NCBI GenBank assembly: GCA_020184695.1 | Contig: JAANOX010000080.1 | Location: 248,001 to 312,000 of the forward strand | DNA length: 64,000 nucleotides | Origin: Histomonas meleagridis 2922-C6/04-290x | Taxonomy: Eukaryota; Protista; Parabasalia | Reading direction: 5' to 3' | Shown here: one piece after another, positions 1 to 10,547 of the stretch | How positions within the stretch are numbered: position 1 is the stretch's first letter | How the letters are laid out: every line of letters starts with the position of its first letter | Notes under the pieces: model-generated | Seen by the model: only the letters and a program-made list of their open reading frames with translations | What the model was told of the DNA's origin: nothing | Databases searched by the model: none | Position numbers and translations under genes: made by a program

Positions 1-2990
1 GATATTGTTACAGTTCCACCTTCGATCATTGGTTGAATTATTTGTTCTTTAATAACTTTAAGTCTTTCTTGATAATCTCTTTCTAACTTTTGATAATATT
101 CGTCAATTAATTTTTGGATTTTAACATTATTCTCTGCTGCGATTTCTTTAATTTTCTTTTCTAATTCAAAGAGTTTTTCATGGTATTCCTTCGGGAACTT
201 TTGTATATGTTTCGTAAATGCTAAGAAACTATTTAATGATTGTTTCTCAGGCTTAATTATCGAATAATTTTGGAAGTTATCAAACCATATCTTAAAGATC
301 CTTAATCCAGCAGCAGAAATCTTTTCAATATAACCTTCAAATAATGGTTTTAATCGAGTGAATGATGAAAATCTATTTTCATCAGAACGAATATATTGAA
401 TAACTTTGTTTAACGTGAAATATAATTCATAACCTGTATGTAATGAAAATGTATCTGATGTACTAAATCCATCAATGAAAAATTCGAAATCTTTGCCTTT
501 GCCAAATATCCGACATGCACAACTTTGTTGGCCTTGAAGAATTTCATTTAATCGAGGCCATGGTGGGACATCAAATATGTCATATTTCTCAATTTCTTCT
601 TGTAATTTATCTTGTAAAGCACTGAACACTCCAAACCCTCTTGATAAATTATTAACTATTTTGACATAATTCCCTCTTTTGCCAAGGCGTTCGTATTCTT
701 CTAATTGTTCATAATCTTTAATAAGTCGAATAAGTTGACTACCAAATTTACAACGAACGTCACTACAAAGTTCTTCATAAGGAACCTCATTCGCAAGTAT
801 TTCTTTGCATTCATTACAGTCAATTAATGGAACAAAATCACGACACGCGCGATCGATTTTATATGGTGCATCACGTTTCCATTCAAATGAGACTTGTTTG
901 GAAAGACTACTTTTGACTTTCTTGTCGATTAAACTTTGTACATATTTGTCAATTTCAAATGCAATCTTGTTGAAATATTCGGCATCTTTAAGCCACGTCT
1001 TCAGCGCATATTGTGACTTCGGTGGAAGCTTGTTCATAAGTGGTATCGGAACAGTAAATACTGTGCATGGCTGCCAGACATCTGGTGGCGCTGTCCTTAT
1101 TATCTTTGCCTTTGGTGCTGCTGGCTTTGCATCTTGTGCAGGCGCTTGTGCTTGCGCAGGAGCATCTTGTTTAGGTTCTGGCGCTGATGTTGGTGCAGGT
1201 GCAGGCTCTGGTTTTGGCGATGGTTGCGATGGCGCTGGTGTGGGCGCAGGTGCGGGTTCGGGTTCGCTGAGAGATCCATTGCGCTTTTGACGCTGTATAT
1301 TTTCGATGTCGTTAATGCGATTTTCGAGCTGCTCAATGTCTTGTAAGATTGACGGCAGTTGCTCTTTAGCCGCATCGCAGTTTAGTGACTTAAGGTCTTC
1401 TGCCATATACCTTGCATTCTCTAGTTCGCTTCTTGCGTCCTCAACGTTATCATTATGTAAATGCCTTTCAACTTTGACAATTGTTTCCATTAAATTATCC
1501 TTTTCTTCATTCCATTTAATTTGATCGTAAACCATTGGAATTACTTCGTCTTCACATTTCTGTATTAAATCATTTAATAAATCGCATTCTTCCAAACTCA
1601 TTGCCTTTTCTTTCGCTCTATTTAATGGGTTCTCTATGTCAGCGAACATTATTTTACTTGTGATATTCTTTGATAATTGCATAGCTCTTTCTAAATCATT
1701 TACTGCTTCTTTTTCTTCCAAACTTATGTTAGCTTTTCGTTTAGCTGTATCAATTTCAAATTTATAATTGTCATGATTTGCGACAATTTCATTCCATTCA
1801 TCAATTAATTCCTTACAGCCATATTCGGTATCATTTTGGAAGTCAAGAAATACGCCGCTGTCGCCTTCCCAATAAAGAATTTCACGTCCTCCATTCTCAT
1901 TCATAAAGTTTTCGCCTTGTTCAATACATCGATCAATTAAATAACTTGTTTCTTCTTTACGTTGGAAGTCACGATATTCATTAATTAAGTCTTGCATTCC
2001 ATTCCTGAACTTACTAATTTTTGAGTTCTTCCATACATTAATATCGTTTTCATATTGTATCTTCTTTAGTTCTTCAAACTCATCCAACAATGGCTTAAGG
2101 ACTTCATGCTCCATAACTTTCGGTTTTTCTGATTTGTATTGATCAATCGCTTCTTGAAGATCATCACGATAATTGCTGGCACGATAATCTTTGACATAGT
2201 TTCGATAGATGTTAAGTTTCATACCAAGAAAATCTTTGATGCTTTTGGCTTGATCTGCTAAATCAAACCCTTCAATAGCACCATCTTCAACTAATATCTT
2301 GAAATACGATTTGTATTTGTCCATGTATGGAGCCATATCAGTCGTTTTCTTGATTTGTTCGGCATATGGACTTGTATTGATTTCATTCATTATCTTTTCA
2401 ATCTCTTCCCATGTTTGCTTAATGCGAACAGGAGCTTTACGTTGAAGCCAATCATCCATATCTTTAACTTTGTATCGAAGCTGATTTGCAAATGAGCGTC
2501 CAAGATCTTTGGCTTTGGAAATTGCGAAATATTCATCATAATGATCAACAAAGCTTTGGAGAACTTCATGGCACTTCATTGCATCTTTATATTTTTCATA
2601 AAATGTACACTTTGCAAAATCGTCATTCCAAAGATTGAGCGCACTTGTTGCTTTGCTCTTGTAATTGTCGAGATAAGAAATTGATATTGGGTTCTTTTCA
2701 ATGTTTTCGATTTTGGATTCTAATCTTTCTCTGTTGAAAAATGAGTATTCATCAAAGAATTTCTTGAGTTGTACAGTCAAATCAAGAACATCTTTGATTT
2801 CTTCATAGTATTGAAGAGTTTCTTCTGCTAGTATCCATTCTTTAGCTTCGAAATTTGGTTTACTTGAAGAACGATATTTATCCATAAGAGTTCGAAGTTG
2901 TTGGATGTGATCTTTTGCAGTTGGAATCGAAGCTAAAGCAGCAGATTTCTTGAATGCTTCTGCACGGAACTTGATATCAAAAAGAGACAT
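1..2990 (-). CDS. Large hypothetical protein (>996 aa, 3' end beyond window start) with a Pro/Ala-rich linker
   Basis: Hand translation from the ATG at 2990 (MSLFDIKFRAEAFKK...) stays open to position 1. It is absent from the ORF track because no stop lies in the window. The PEPAPAPTPAP linker lies at ~1090-1280. No family recognised. Confidence 0.85.
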   Translation of the reverse strand, partial: MSLFDIKFRAEAFKKSAALASIPTAKDHIQQLRTLMDKYRSSSKPNFEAKEWILAEETLQYYEEIKDVLDLTVQLKKFFDEYSFFNRERLESKIENIEKNPISISYLDNYKSKATSALNLWNDDFAKCTFYEKYKDAMKCHEVLQSFVDHYDEYFAISKAKDLGRSFANQLRYKVKDMDDWLQRKAPVRIKQTWEEIEKIMNEINTSPYAEQIKKTTDMAPYMDKYKSYFKILVEDGAIEGFDLADQAKSIKDFLGMKLNIYRNYVKDYRASNYRDDLQEAIDQYKSEKPKVMEHEVLKPLLDEFEELKKIQYENDINVWKNSKISKFRNGMQDLINEYRDFQRKEETSYLIDRCIEQGENFMNENGGREILYWEGDSGVFLDFQNDTEYGCKELIDEWNEIVANHDNYKFEIDTAKRKANISLEEKEAVNDLERAMQLSKNITSKIMFADIENPLNRAKEKAMSLEECDLLNDLIQKCEDEVIPMVYDQIKWNEEKDNLMETIVKVERHLHNDNVEDARSELENARYMAEDLKSLNCDAAKEQLPSILQDIEQLENRINDIENIQRQKRNGSLSEPEPAPAPTPAPSQPSPKPEPAPAPTSAPEPKQDAPAQAQAPAQDAKPAAPKAKIIRTAPPDVWQPCTVFTVPIPLMNKLPPKSQYALKTWLKDAEYFNKIAFEIDKYVQSLIDKKVKSSLSKQVSFEWKRDAPYKIDRACRDFVPLIDCNECKEILANEVPYEELCSDVRCKFGSQLIRLIKDYEQLEEYERLGKRGNYVKIVNNLSRGFGVFSALQDKLQEEIEKYDIFDVPPWPRLNEILQGQQSCACRIFGKGKDFEFFIDGFSTSDTFSLHTGYELYFTLNKVIQYIRSDENRFSSFTRLKPLFEGYIEKISAAGLRIFKIWFDNFQNYSIIKPEKQSLNSFLAFTKHIQKFPKEYHEKLFELEKKIKEIAAENNVKIQKLIDEYYQKLERDYQERLKVIKEQIIQPMIEGGTVTI

Positions 2991-2994
2991 CAGA

Positions 2995-2999
2995 AGTGA
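2995..2999 (-). promoter_or_regulatory. Putative parabasalid initiator (Inr) element TCACT
   Basis: TTCACTTCTG lies immediately before the ATG at 2990 and matches the trichomonad Inr core TCAYT. The motif is short, so a chance match is possible. Confidence 0.5.
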
Positions 3000-3822
3000 A
3001 CTGATTGCGTTGCATGTCAATTTTTAAAAAGTGATTAAATAAAAATATCTCATGATTTATTAGGTATATTATTAAAATATAAAAAACTACAAATATCCAT
3101 TTTATTTTCGTTATAATAATTACATAAAAACCAGATAATTTAATATATTTCATTAATTTTTCGCATTTTTTCAAAAATTGTTCCAAAATTTCTACACTGT
3201 AGAAATGATTCAAATTTTAAATGCATACTGTTATTGGTAACTGTCAACTTGAATTGAAAGAGAAAAAAATTTTTACACATTATTACAAAAAAAATTAATT
3301 AATACAGTGCCAAGAAGCAAAATACGCACAAATGTGAACTTTCATTTATAGAAGGTATTTACAAATTTTATATGATGAAATCGTTTTGAGATAAAGTGTA
3401 CATTAGATAATGCTGTCTAATTTCAGATGCTTGCCGCCAACGAAGTATGATCTAATTTTAAAATGTATTTAAATGTTTTTTCCCAATTTACATAAATTGA
3501 AATTGAGAATTAAAACTAAGGTATTTTTTGTTTTCACCAAATTATGAAACCCGAAATTGGGTGTATAAATTCTTGTCTTTGAAATTCAAATCAAATATGA
3601 TAATCATGGATAATCGTGTTTCATGAAGAGTTTGAAAAAAGCCTTTTGGTGTTCATTGCTTGGAAGTCAGCATACCTATTAATGATAGGAATAGAATTTT
3701 TAAGCAAGGTACATATTATTATTATTAAATCCAAGACCAAAAACCGTTTATTTATTAATAGTATGAATTAGAACAATTCTCTTACATAAGCTAGCAGTAA
3801 TGGGTTGTTGCTAACCTTAAAG

Positions 3823-4146
3823 CTAGGATTCAGATCCTTTTGAAAATAATTCTTTCACAATATTAGTTTTTTTTTCGACTGCTGCTGGTGAAGAGTCATA
3901 ACAAAGCTCGTTTCCAAAAAGGTCAAGCAACTTATCCATATTTGGAAGTGAGCAATCTTTGAAAGAATGATTTTTTGCACCACAATTTGAACATTGTATT
4001 CCTCTTAGTTCTGAATTTACTTCTATTTTTGGATGGCCAAGAAGTTGTGATGTATTTTCGAAGGTTGTTGGGAGTTTGTTGGGTGCTCTTTTTTCCATTT
4101 GCTGCCAACCGAAAAACCGCTTTTTGGTGGCCAAATTTGTGTTCAA
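3823..4146 (-). CDS. Small CCHC zinc-knuckle protein
   Basis: 107-aa ORF containing CSNCGAKNHSFKDC (CX2CX4HX4C). Confidence 0.75.
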   Translation of the reverse strand: MNTNLATKKRFFGWQQMEKRAPNKLPTTFENTSQLLGHPKIEVNSELRGIQCSNCGAKNHSFKDCSLPNMDKLLDLFGNELCYDSSPAAVEKKTNIVKELFSKGSES

Positions 4147-4461
4147 TTATGTATCGGCTTTTTAGCGAAGTGATTTTTTTATTTGTGTATTTAGTCTTAA
4201 TGATGATACATCATTAATTTTAAGAAACAGAAGCATTCACCATTAATCATGAAATGAATTCCAATAACTTTAGTTCTAATATATCCATAAGCTAAACAAT
4301 TATCAACCATTTAATTTAAAAATTATTAAATTTGCAAATTCCCCGAAAAATATTATTACATATTAATAATTGACTCCTTTGGCAAACTGGTAGTTCTGCA
4401 TTAATCAAATTTTTTTTACTTTTTCCTGGTTTGTAAAAAATATTCACATCACATGTCATAG

Positions 4462-5376
4462 ATGTGGGAAAAAATTGCAGAATTCGAACCACCGAATGGA
4501 TTAATTACTTGTGCTAGATTTTCTCCAGATGGGAGACTTATTGCTTTGTGCACAAATAATGGCTATCTTTCGGTTCGATCTTCCATGGATTTATCAGAAA
4601 TAGTAAGTAAAAAGATACATCAAAAATCAATTAATGAACTTCGCTGGTCAAAGCGATCTGTTTCAATTCTTACATGCTCAGATGATGGAACTATTCAATT
4701 GAATTTTCTTGAAAATCAAAATTTAACAAAATTATGTGAATGTAAAGGGCATCAATCTTATGTCCTATGCTGTGATATTTCAATTCACGATCTTCGTCTT
4801 GTTAGCGGCAGTTATGATGAATCCATTCGAATATGGGAAACCTCCACAGGAAAATGCCTTAAAATGATCAGTGGCCATTCCGACCCTGTATCTTCTGTTT
4901 GCTTTAGTAATGATTCCACATTTGTTTTAAGTAGTTCATGGGATGGATTTTGTCGCATATGGCAAACATACTCAGGTCTTTGTCTTAAGTCATTTCAAGT
5001 TTATGGTGTTCCAATATGTTTTTCTACACTTAGTCCTAATTCAGAATACATTTTAGTCTCATCCAAAAATTCAATAATTAAATTAATCAAAATAGCTACA
5101 AATGAAACATCTGCTATATATAGAGGACACAAAAACGAAAATTATTTACTTTTTGCCGGTTTTGCAGTCAGTCGAGGTGAACATGTTGAAATCTTTTCTG
5201 CGTCAGAAAACGGATCAATTTATTGCTGGGGCCTAAACGAACAAGAAATAAAATGGATACAACCTGTATCAGAGGGCCCAACGTTGTGCGTCGATATTTC
5301 TTGTGATGGAGAACTAATGGTTGCTGCAAGCTCGATAGAAACAAACCGTTCAATTGTTGTGTTTAGAAGAAAATAA
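4462..5376 (+). CDS. WDR5: WD40 protein, WDR5/Swd3-like COMPASS subunit
   Basis: LVSGSYDESIRIWETSTGKCLKMISGHSDPVSSV, SSSWDGFCRIW and YRGHKNENYLLFAGF match characteristic WDR5 repeats. Confidence 0.85.
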   Translation: MWEKIAEFEPPNGLITCARFSPDGRLIALCTNNGYLSVRSSMDLSEIVSKKIHQKSINELRWSKRSVSILTCSDDGTIQLNFLENQNLTKLCECKGHQSYVLCCDISIHDLRLVSGSYDESIRIWETSTGKCLKMISGHSDPVSSVCFSNDSTFVLSSSWDGFCRIWQTYSGLCLKSFQVYGVPICFSTLSPNSEYILVSSKNSIIKLIKIATNETSAIYRGHKNENYLLFAGFAVSRGEHVEIFSASENGSIYCWGLNEQEIKWIQPVSEGPTLCVDISCDGELMVAASSIETNRSIVVFRRK

Positions 5377-5633
5377 ATGTTTATGAATGTGATTCTTTAT
5401 TTTTAATGCAAATGTTTATTTCTTCTACAAATTCAGTAATTATTGATTTTATAAAAAATTGGATTGAATATTATTGTTTTCATGAAAGATTTTTTTGGAG
5501 TTCCTCCTATATTTATTCAGATAATATTATTTTATTTACAGTAGTGCAAAAATTGTAAATACAAAGATCATGAAATTTGGAGCACCCCTTATCGTGCACT
5601 TTTGATAAACATCGGAAAACGTTTTCCAGCAGA

Positions 5634-6155
5634 ATGGACGAAGACGAGAAAGAAATTTGCGTTAAAACCATGAAAGAAATGATGGCCATAAGACTTGCTC
5701 AACCATTTATGGATACGACAAATATTAGTATCCAAATTCCTCAAATAGTACCACTAATCCCAAATTTTGAAAGTTTTCCTTCGATTTTAGAAAGAGTTTT
5801 AAGTGGACAATTTTCGTCTATTGATCAATTTTCACTTTATTTTGAAGGAAACTTAAAAATGCTTATAAGTTGTGTTGCTAATTTAATTAGTCAATCCCCA
5901 CAATCTAAAACTACTCAAGAGCTGCTTGCCCTAGAAGGAATTGCAGAAGAAATCCTGAGGGTTTTTAATGAAACTTTAAGCACAAACAGAATGAGTGAAT
6001 TTGAACGATACAAAAAACAAGTTCTAGAAATCAATGAAAAAATTGAAAAGCTCAAACGCGATAAGCCAAGTGACTACTCTGATGATAAAAATATTTTTGT
6101 ACAAGTTCAATCATTTAATGCTGATCCTATTCCATCAAAAGTTTTTTCAATATAA
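5634..6155 (+). CDS. Hypothetical protein, possible degenerate bromodomain
   Basis: First ATG is at 5634. The CVKTMKEM..LAQPF...P...FPSILERVLSGQFSSIDQF pattern resembles divergent parabasalid bromodomains. Confidence 0.5.
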   Translation: MDEDEKEICVKTMKEMMAIRLAQPFMDTTNISIQIPQIVPLIPNFESFPSILERVLSGQFSSIDQFSLYFEGNLKMLISCVANLISQSPQSKTTQELLALEGIAEEILRVFNETLSTNRMSEFERYKKQVLEINEKIEKLKRDKPSDYSDDKNIFVQVQSFNADPIPSKVFSI

Positions 6156-6338
6156 ATAAATAAAATATTTGATTATTTTTAAATATACCTTTTCTTCCCT
6201 TATTATTTTTTATGAGAAAAATTTTTGAGTTTTTTCAAAATTTAATTTTTTGCTCAATTAAATATTTTTTATTTCCTTTTTCATGATTAGGAAATCAAGG
6301 AGATGCACCTTCATAAGTAAAAATAGTTTTTATACAAC

Positions 6339-7991
6339 TTAATTCTTTTGTTTTTCTTGAAGTAAGTCTTTTATTTCTTTATAATCTTTCTCTTCTGCAT
6401 ACATAAGTGCTGTTCTAAATAATTTAAATAATTTCCAAATATTATTTTGAAATATCAAATTATCAACACAAATTTTAAATAAAACAAATAAATATCTTTC
6501 ACATTGATATCAATTCCTTCTTGTTCAAGAAGTAATTTAACTATTTCAACATTATTTTGTAAAGCAGCAAACATTAATGCAGTTGTTTAATATTTAAAAA
6601 AATCCCAAATATCATTTATAATTACCAGAAATTTGAAACTAATTAAGAAATGAAAAATGAAATATCTTTTCTATTAATATCTATATTGCCTTGAGAAAGA
6701 ACGTATTTAACAAGTTCAATGTTTTGTGATTCAACAGATAATGATAATGATTTATATGAGAACGTAGAAAAATATTTAACTGCATACAAATTTCCTTTTA
6801 GAAAAGCCTCCGAAATAATTGAACTTCCAATTTTAAGTTGAAAATTTTCCAGAAATGAAAACAGCATAAAATTATTACTTTTAATACAAGTTAACCCTAA
6901 AGATGCTAATTTCTTTTCTTTTTTATTTTTATTATGCTTTCCATACATTATTTCACTTAAAGGTAGATCTCTCATACCATAAGGAACCTTAAGCTCAAAC
7001 ATGTTTGATCATTTAATTCAAAAGTATTTAATAAAGAAAAAAGGGAATTGAAAATTTTTTGTTTTTTTTTTGAATTTGATTTTTCATTAAGATAATAAAA
7101 TGCATAATTTCGATGAAAACCAATTGCTGCTTCAAGAGCATGTTTAAAAGATGAGTTATTTTGTTCACAAAGACGGATAATTTCAATATTTCCTCCTGCT
7201 ACTGCATAAGCACCAGAAATACTAACATCGGCCCCCTTACGCATTAAAAATTTGAAGCATTTTACTGCACCATAAAAAGCAGCATAATCAATAAGTTTAA
7301 TACCATATGTGCTTAACGAACTATACATTTCATAAATAGAATATGGAATTAATTGATTAAAATTAATAGATCTATAATATGAATTTGAACACAAATATAT
7401 TTCAAGCTCAAATTTATTATCATTTCGAATTATTTTCGATATTTCTGATGGATTACCTTCGATCATCTTCTGGATATGACCTTCCCAATCATTTTCATCA
7501 AATTGTTCAATTTCATTTGCAATGTATTCAAATTTATCATTTTGTCTTAAATTAATTTTAATATGATCATATTCTTCTTTCGCCATTAAATTGATTTTGT
7601 TTTGGATTTCATTATCAATTTCGATAATTTTATGCTCGATCATTTGAGCAAGAATATAATTTGATTCTTTTGATTTTAAAGAAAGAAGATATTGTTTAAA
7701 AGTATTAAAAATTTGTAAGTTTTCTTGTAAAATGTCTTTTTCATTATTTTCAACAGTCTGTAAATATTGGAAATATAAGTTAATGTCTTTCCTTTGCGAA
7801 ATAAATGTTGAATAAACAAATTGAACAAGAACAGTATTAAAAGTTAGGGGAAAGCTTTTATCAAATAAATCTATAGTCGAATTAATTGTTATTTGAAGAT
7901 TTTCTTCATCTAATTCTAATACTATTTGCTCTATTTCCTTGAGATATTGTATTTCTTGCATTGCACTTCGGTTTTTATATTTTGTTTTCAT
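6339..7991 (-). CDS. DUF3447 plus ankyrin-repeat protein, interrupted by two 80-nt spacers and one further frame break
   Basis: DUF3447-type segment EIIRND...LIDYAAFYGAVKCFKFLM. The frame changes near 6972-7050. It is followed by NIDINRKD | 80 nt (6584-6663) | TALMFAALQNNVEIVKLLLEQEGIDINVKD | 80 nt (6414-6493) | TALMYAEEKDYKEIKDLLQEKQKN, with the stop at 6339. Confidence 0.75.
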
Positions 7992-8274
7992 TTATGAATG
8001 AAAAATATGTCATTTTCAAAATTTTGAAATAATAATAAAATTGCAATAAGGTATATTGAAATGATTCGCGAAGTATTATCAATTCTTTGAATTTTGTTTA
8101 TGAAGTAAAGGAAAAGTGACGCAATTACATAACATATTAAAACTTTATCTGAATGTGAAGATATTTAAAAAAAATTGAAAAGATTTTGTGAACTGTTAAA
8201 TTTTTTTATTAAATATTACTTTAATTACGAGCATAGCCAAAGAAACGAAAAATTTCAAAAATTGTAACAATATT

Positions 8275-10215
8275 TTATTTCCAAAAATACTTTAATGGCA
8301 CCAATTCGAATTCCCCCTCTCCATATGCTATCAGCACAGTTCCATTTTCGTTGTCCACACCCGCCACAATTCCAATTAATCTGTTTGCACCTTCTTGCAC
8401 AAACATTCCTAATTCCACAGCGTTTATTTTCTCATGTTTTACAGATAAATTCACTGTTATGTCCAGTTTCGGCATTTTTAATCCGCTCAATTGCGCATAT
8501 GGAATGCACCGCATCATACGCGGCACCATCACAATTTCGCCTTCAAAGCGCTTTTTCTCAACCACATAGTTAGCAACATCATTCTCATAAGAATAGTTAT
8601 AAAATGTTTTCTCATCTTTGATAACCGTCTTAACTTCAACAAGCCCAGCAGCTACCATATTACCTTTGGTTATACCTGTCGATGAAACACGTTTTCGAAG
8701 GTCAGCAAAACTACATTTGCATTTAGAACGAAGAGTATTATCTAAAATGAAATTATGTCTCATTATTGAAATTGGTGGTACGTCTAGTAAAAAGAATTGA
8801 CCGTAGAGTATGTTGGCTTTGTTAGTAAACTTATTTCCAGGAGTAATTGGAAATGGAATCAAATCTTTTGTTGACGGATCATATGTCCAAAAAGGATCAA
8901 GTTGATTATAAGATGCTTCTTCTGGTGTAAGCTGTTTCAAGGCTTTGTCATATGCTGAGCGAAGACGTGAATATGGTGCAATTGGCGGTGTAACTTTTTC
9001 AAGTGGATAAAGATCAGAAAGAACTGTAGCCTTAAGGCGATATATAGGCTCAGGAATGTTTTGGACAGCAAAAATAGAATGTATAGCTAGACCTTTGAAG
9101 TATGGTGTAATTGGTTCGCCGATAGAGAATGTATCGTCAAAAGTGTCAATATATTCGACCGTTAAACAAAGCGGAGGAGCCTTTTGATGTGCATAGGACC
9201 ACGTCCAATCAGGGACGCCTTCTTGATAGTAAAGAAGGATCCAAGAAAGCGTACGCAAACAATCTTTAGCTAGAATTTCAAGAGGTTCATCGGAAATGAA
9301 TTGTCTGGTTTGAACAGAAACAAAACTTGCTGGTTTAGTTGCAATATATGCTTCAACAAGCTTTTTAAGGTTAGTCCTGATGATCTTACCGTTTTCAGTT
9401 AGATATCCTATTTCTTGATGATCACGATATATATTAAAAAGTTGTGATAATGAGGTTATGCTTCCACTAATATCTGGAAATGCAGGGAGATTGTCATTTG
9501 ATATTAAGAATGAAAGAAAAACAATATCATCAATTATCCGATCAGGGTCACGAGGTGAAAATTCTTCAAAAAGAGCCAACCTTAAGTACTTAATTGAGAA
9601 GAAAGTTTCAGTGTTCCCGATTGAACGAACAATTGTAATATTTGGAAGATGAGTTTGAAGTGCTAAAAAGAAAAGATCATTATCAGAACTTTGGATGAGA
9701 ATTTCTTGGTAAGGATTAAAATCAGGCTTGGATGATTCTGATCGAAGAATATCCATGAATTGAAACTCGCCTTCACCACTAGTTTGACCAGCAGTAAGAA
9801 TAAATTTTGGGAAGCTAGGGTCAGTTGATGCCATTTTTTTAAAGTGTTCAAGTAGTAAACGATGTGTTTTAGGAAATTGCCAATCTGGAGAAAAATCAAT
9901 GTGATCTGGAATTTGGAAGTTTTTTTGAAATTCTCTTTCTAGCTTTCTCTTACGTTGAAGTGTGGTCTTTGCAAATGGACTTGGACCATCCATTGTAAAA
10001 ATAACACGATTAGATGGATATTTTTTAACAAGAACATTTACGTAGCTTAAAAAATCTTTGTAAAACTTATCACTGAAGCAATTGTGATGGGTTGCTAAAA
10101 TTTTATAAAAATAAAATTTTCCATCAATGAAGCAAACATCATATTGTTTAGGTCTTATTCCTATTACTTGTGGGTAGCGTTTGGTGATCCAAGTTATGAA
10201 ATCTTTGAATCCCAT
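8275..10215 (-). CDS. Divergent XRN-family 5'-3' exoribonuclease
   Basis: Motifs MGFKDFITWITKRYP, IDG, MDGPSPFAKTTLQRKRK, GEGE, SDNDL and IDDIVFLSFLISNDNLP. The ATG is at 10215. Confidence 0.85.
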   Translation of the reverse strand: MGFKDFITWITKRYPQVIGIRPKQYDVCFIDGKFYFYKILATHHNCFSDKFYKDFLSYVNVLVKKYPSNRVIFTMDGPSPFAKTTLQRKRKLEREFQKNFQIPDHIDFSPDWQFPKTHRLLLEHFKKMASTDPSFPKFILTAGQTSGEGEFQFMDILRSESSKPDFNPYQEILIQSSDNDLFFLALQTHLPNITIVRSIGNTETFFSIKYLRLALFEEFSPRDPDRIIDDIVFLSFLISNDNLPAFPDISGSITSLSQLFNIYRDHQEIGYLTENGKIIRTNLKKLVEAYIATKPASFVSVQTRQFISDEPLEILAKDCLRTLSWILLYYQEGVPDWTWSYAHQKAPPLCLTVEYIDTFDDTFSIGEPITPYFKGLAIHSIFAVQNIPEPIYRLKATVLSDLYPLEKVTPPIAPYSRLRSAYDKALKQLTPEEASYNQLDPFWTYDPSTKDLIPFPITPGNKFTNKANILYGQFFLLDVPPISIMRHNFILDNTLRSKCKCSFADLRKRVSSTGITKGNMVAAGLVEVKTVIKDEKTFYNYSYENDVANYVVEKKRFEGEIVMVPRMMRCIPYAQLSGLKMPKLDITVNLSVKHEKINAVELGMFVQEGANRLIGIVAGVDNENGTVLIAYGEGEFELVPLKYFWK

Positions 10216-10547
10216 CAAGTAATTATTAATAATAATGCACCATGTTTTGAATCAAAAGTGACTATCATATTTTACACAAAATATTCTATGAGCATTCAGA
10301 TTATCCATACCAACCTTTTGCTCGAAAACAAGCTTCCACATTCATACTCAGTTACAACCAATTCAGCCCTGATGCTCTTCAACACTATTCATGCATTAAA
10401 TAAATTAATTTTACGAAATTGATTGATTTAAATTTGATCGTATAAATATTCTCATTCTCAAATCCTCATAACAAAACATTGCTCATCAACACAATTCTCA
10501 TTTCTTTCGGCAAACAGTTAAAAACAAAAACATATTCTCAAACGCTT

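Noticed and set aside
805-1524. ORFs 805-1290(+), 1100-1375(-) and 1306-1524(+)
   Set aside because: They are antisense or alternative-frame shadows of the long minus-strand CDS. The same applies to small ORFs inside XRN, the Kelch gene, NAA15, PP1, SEC20 and ARMC3.
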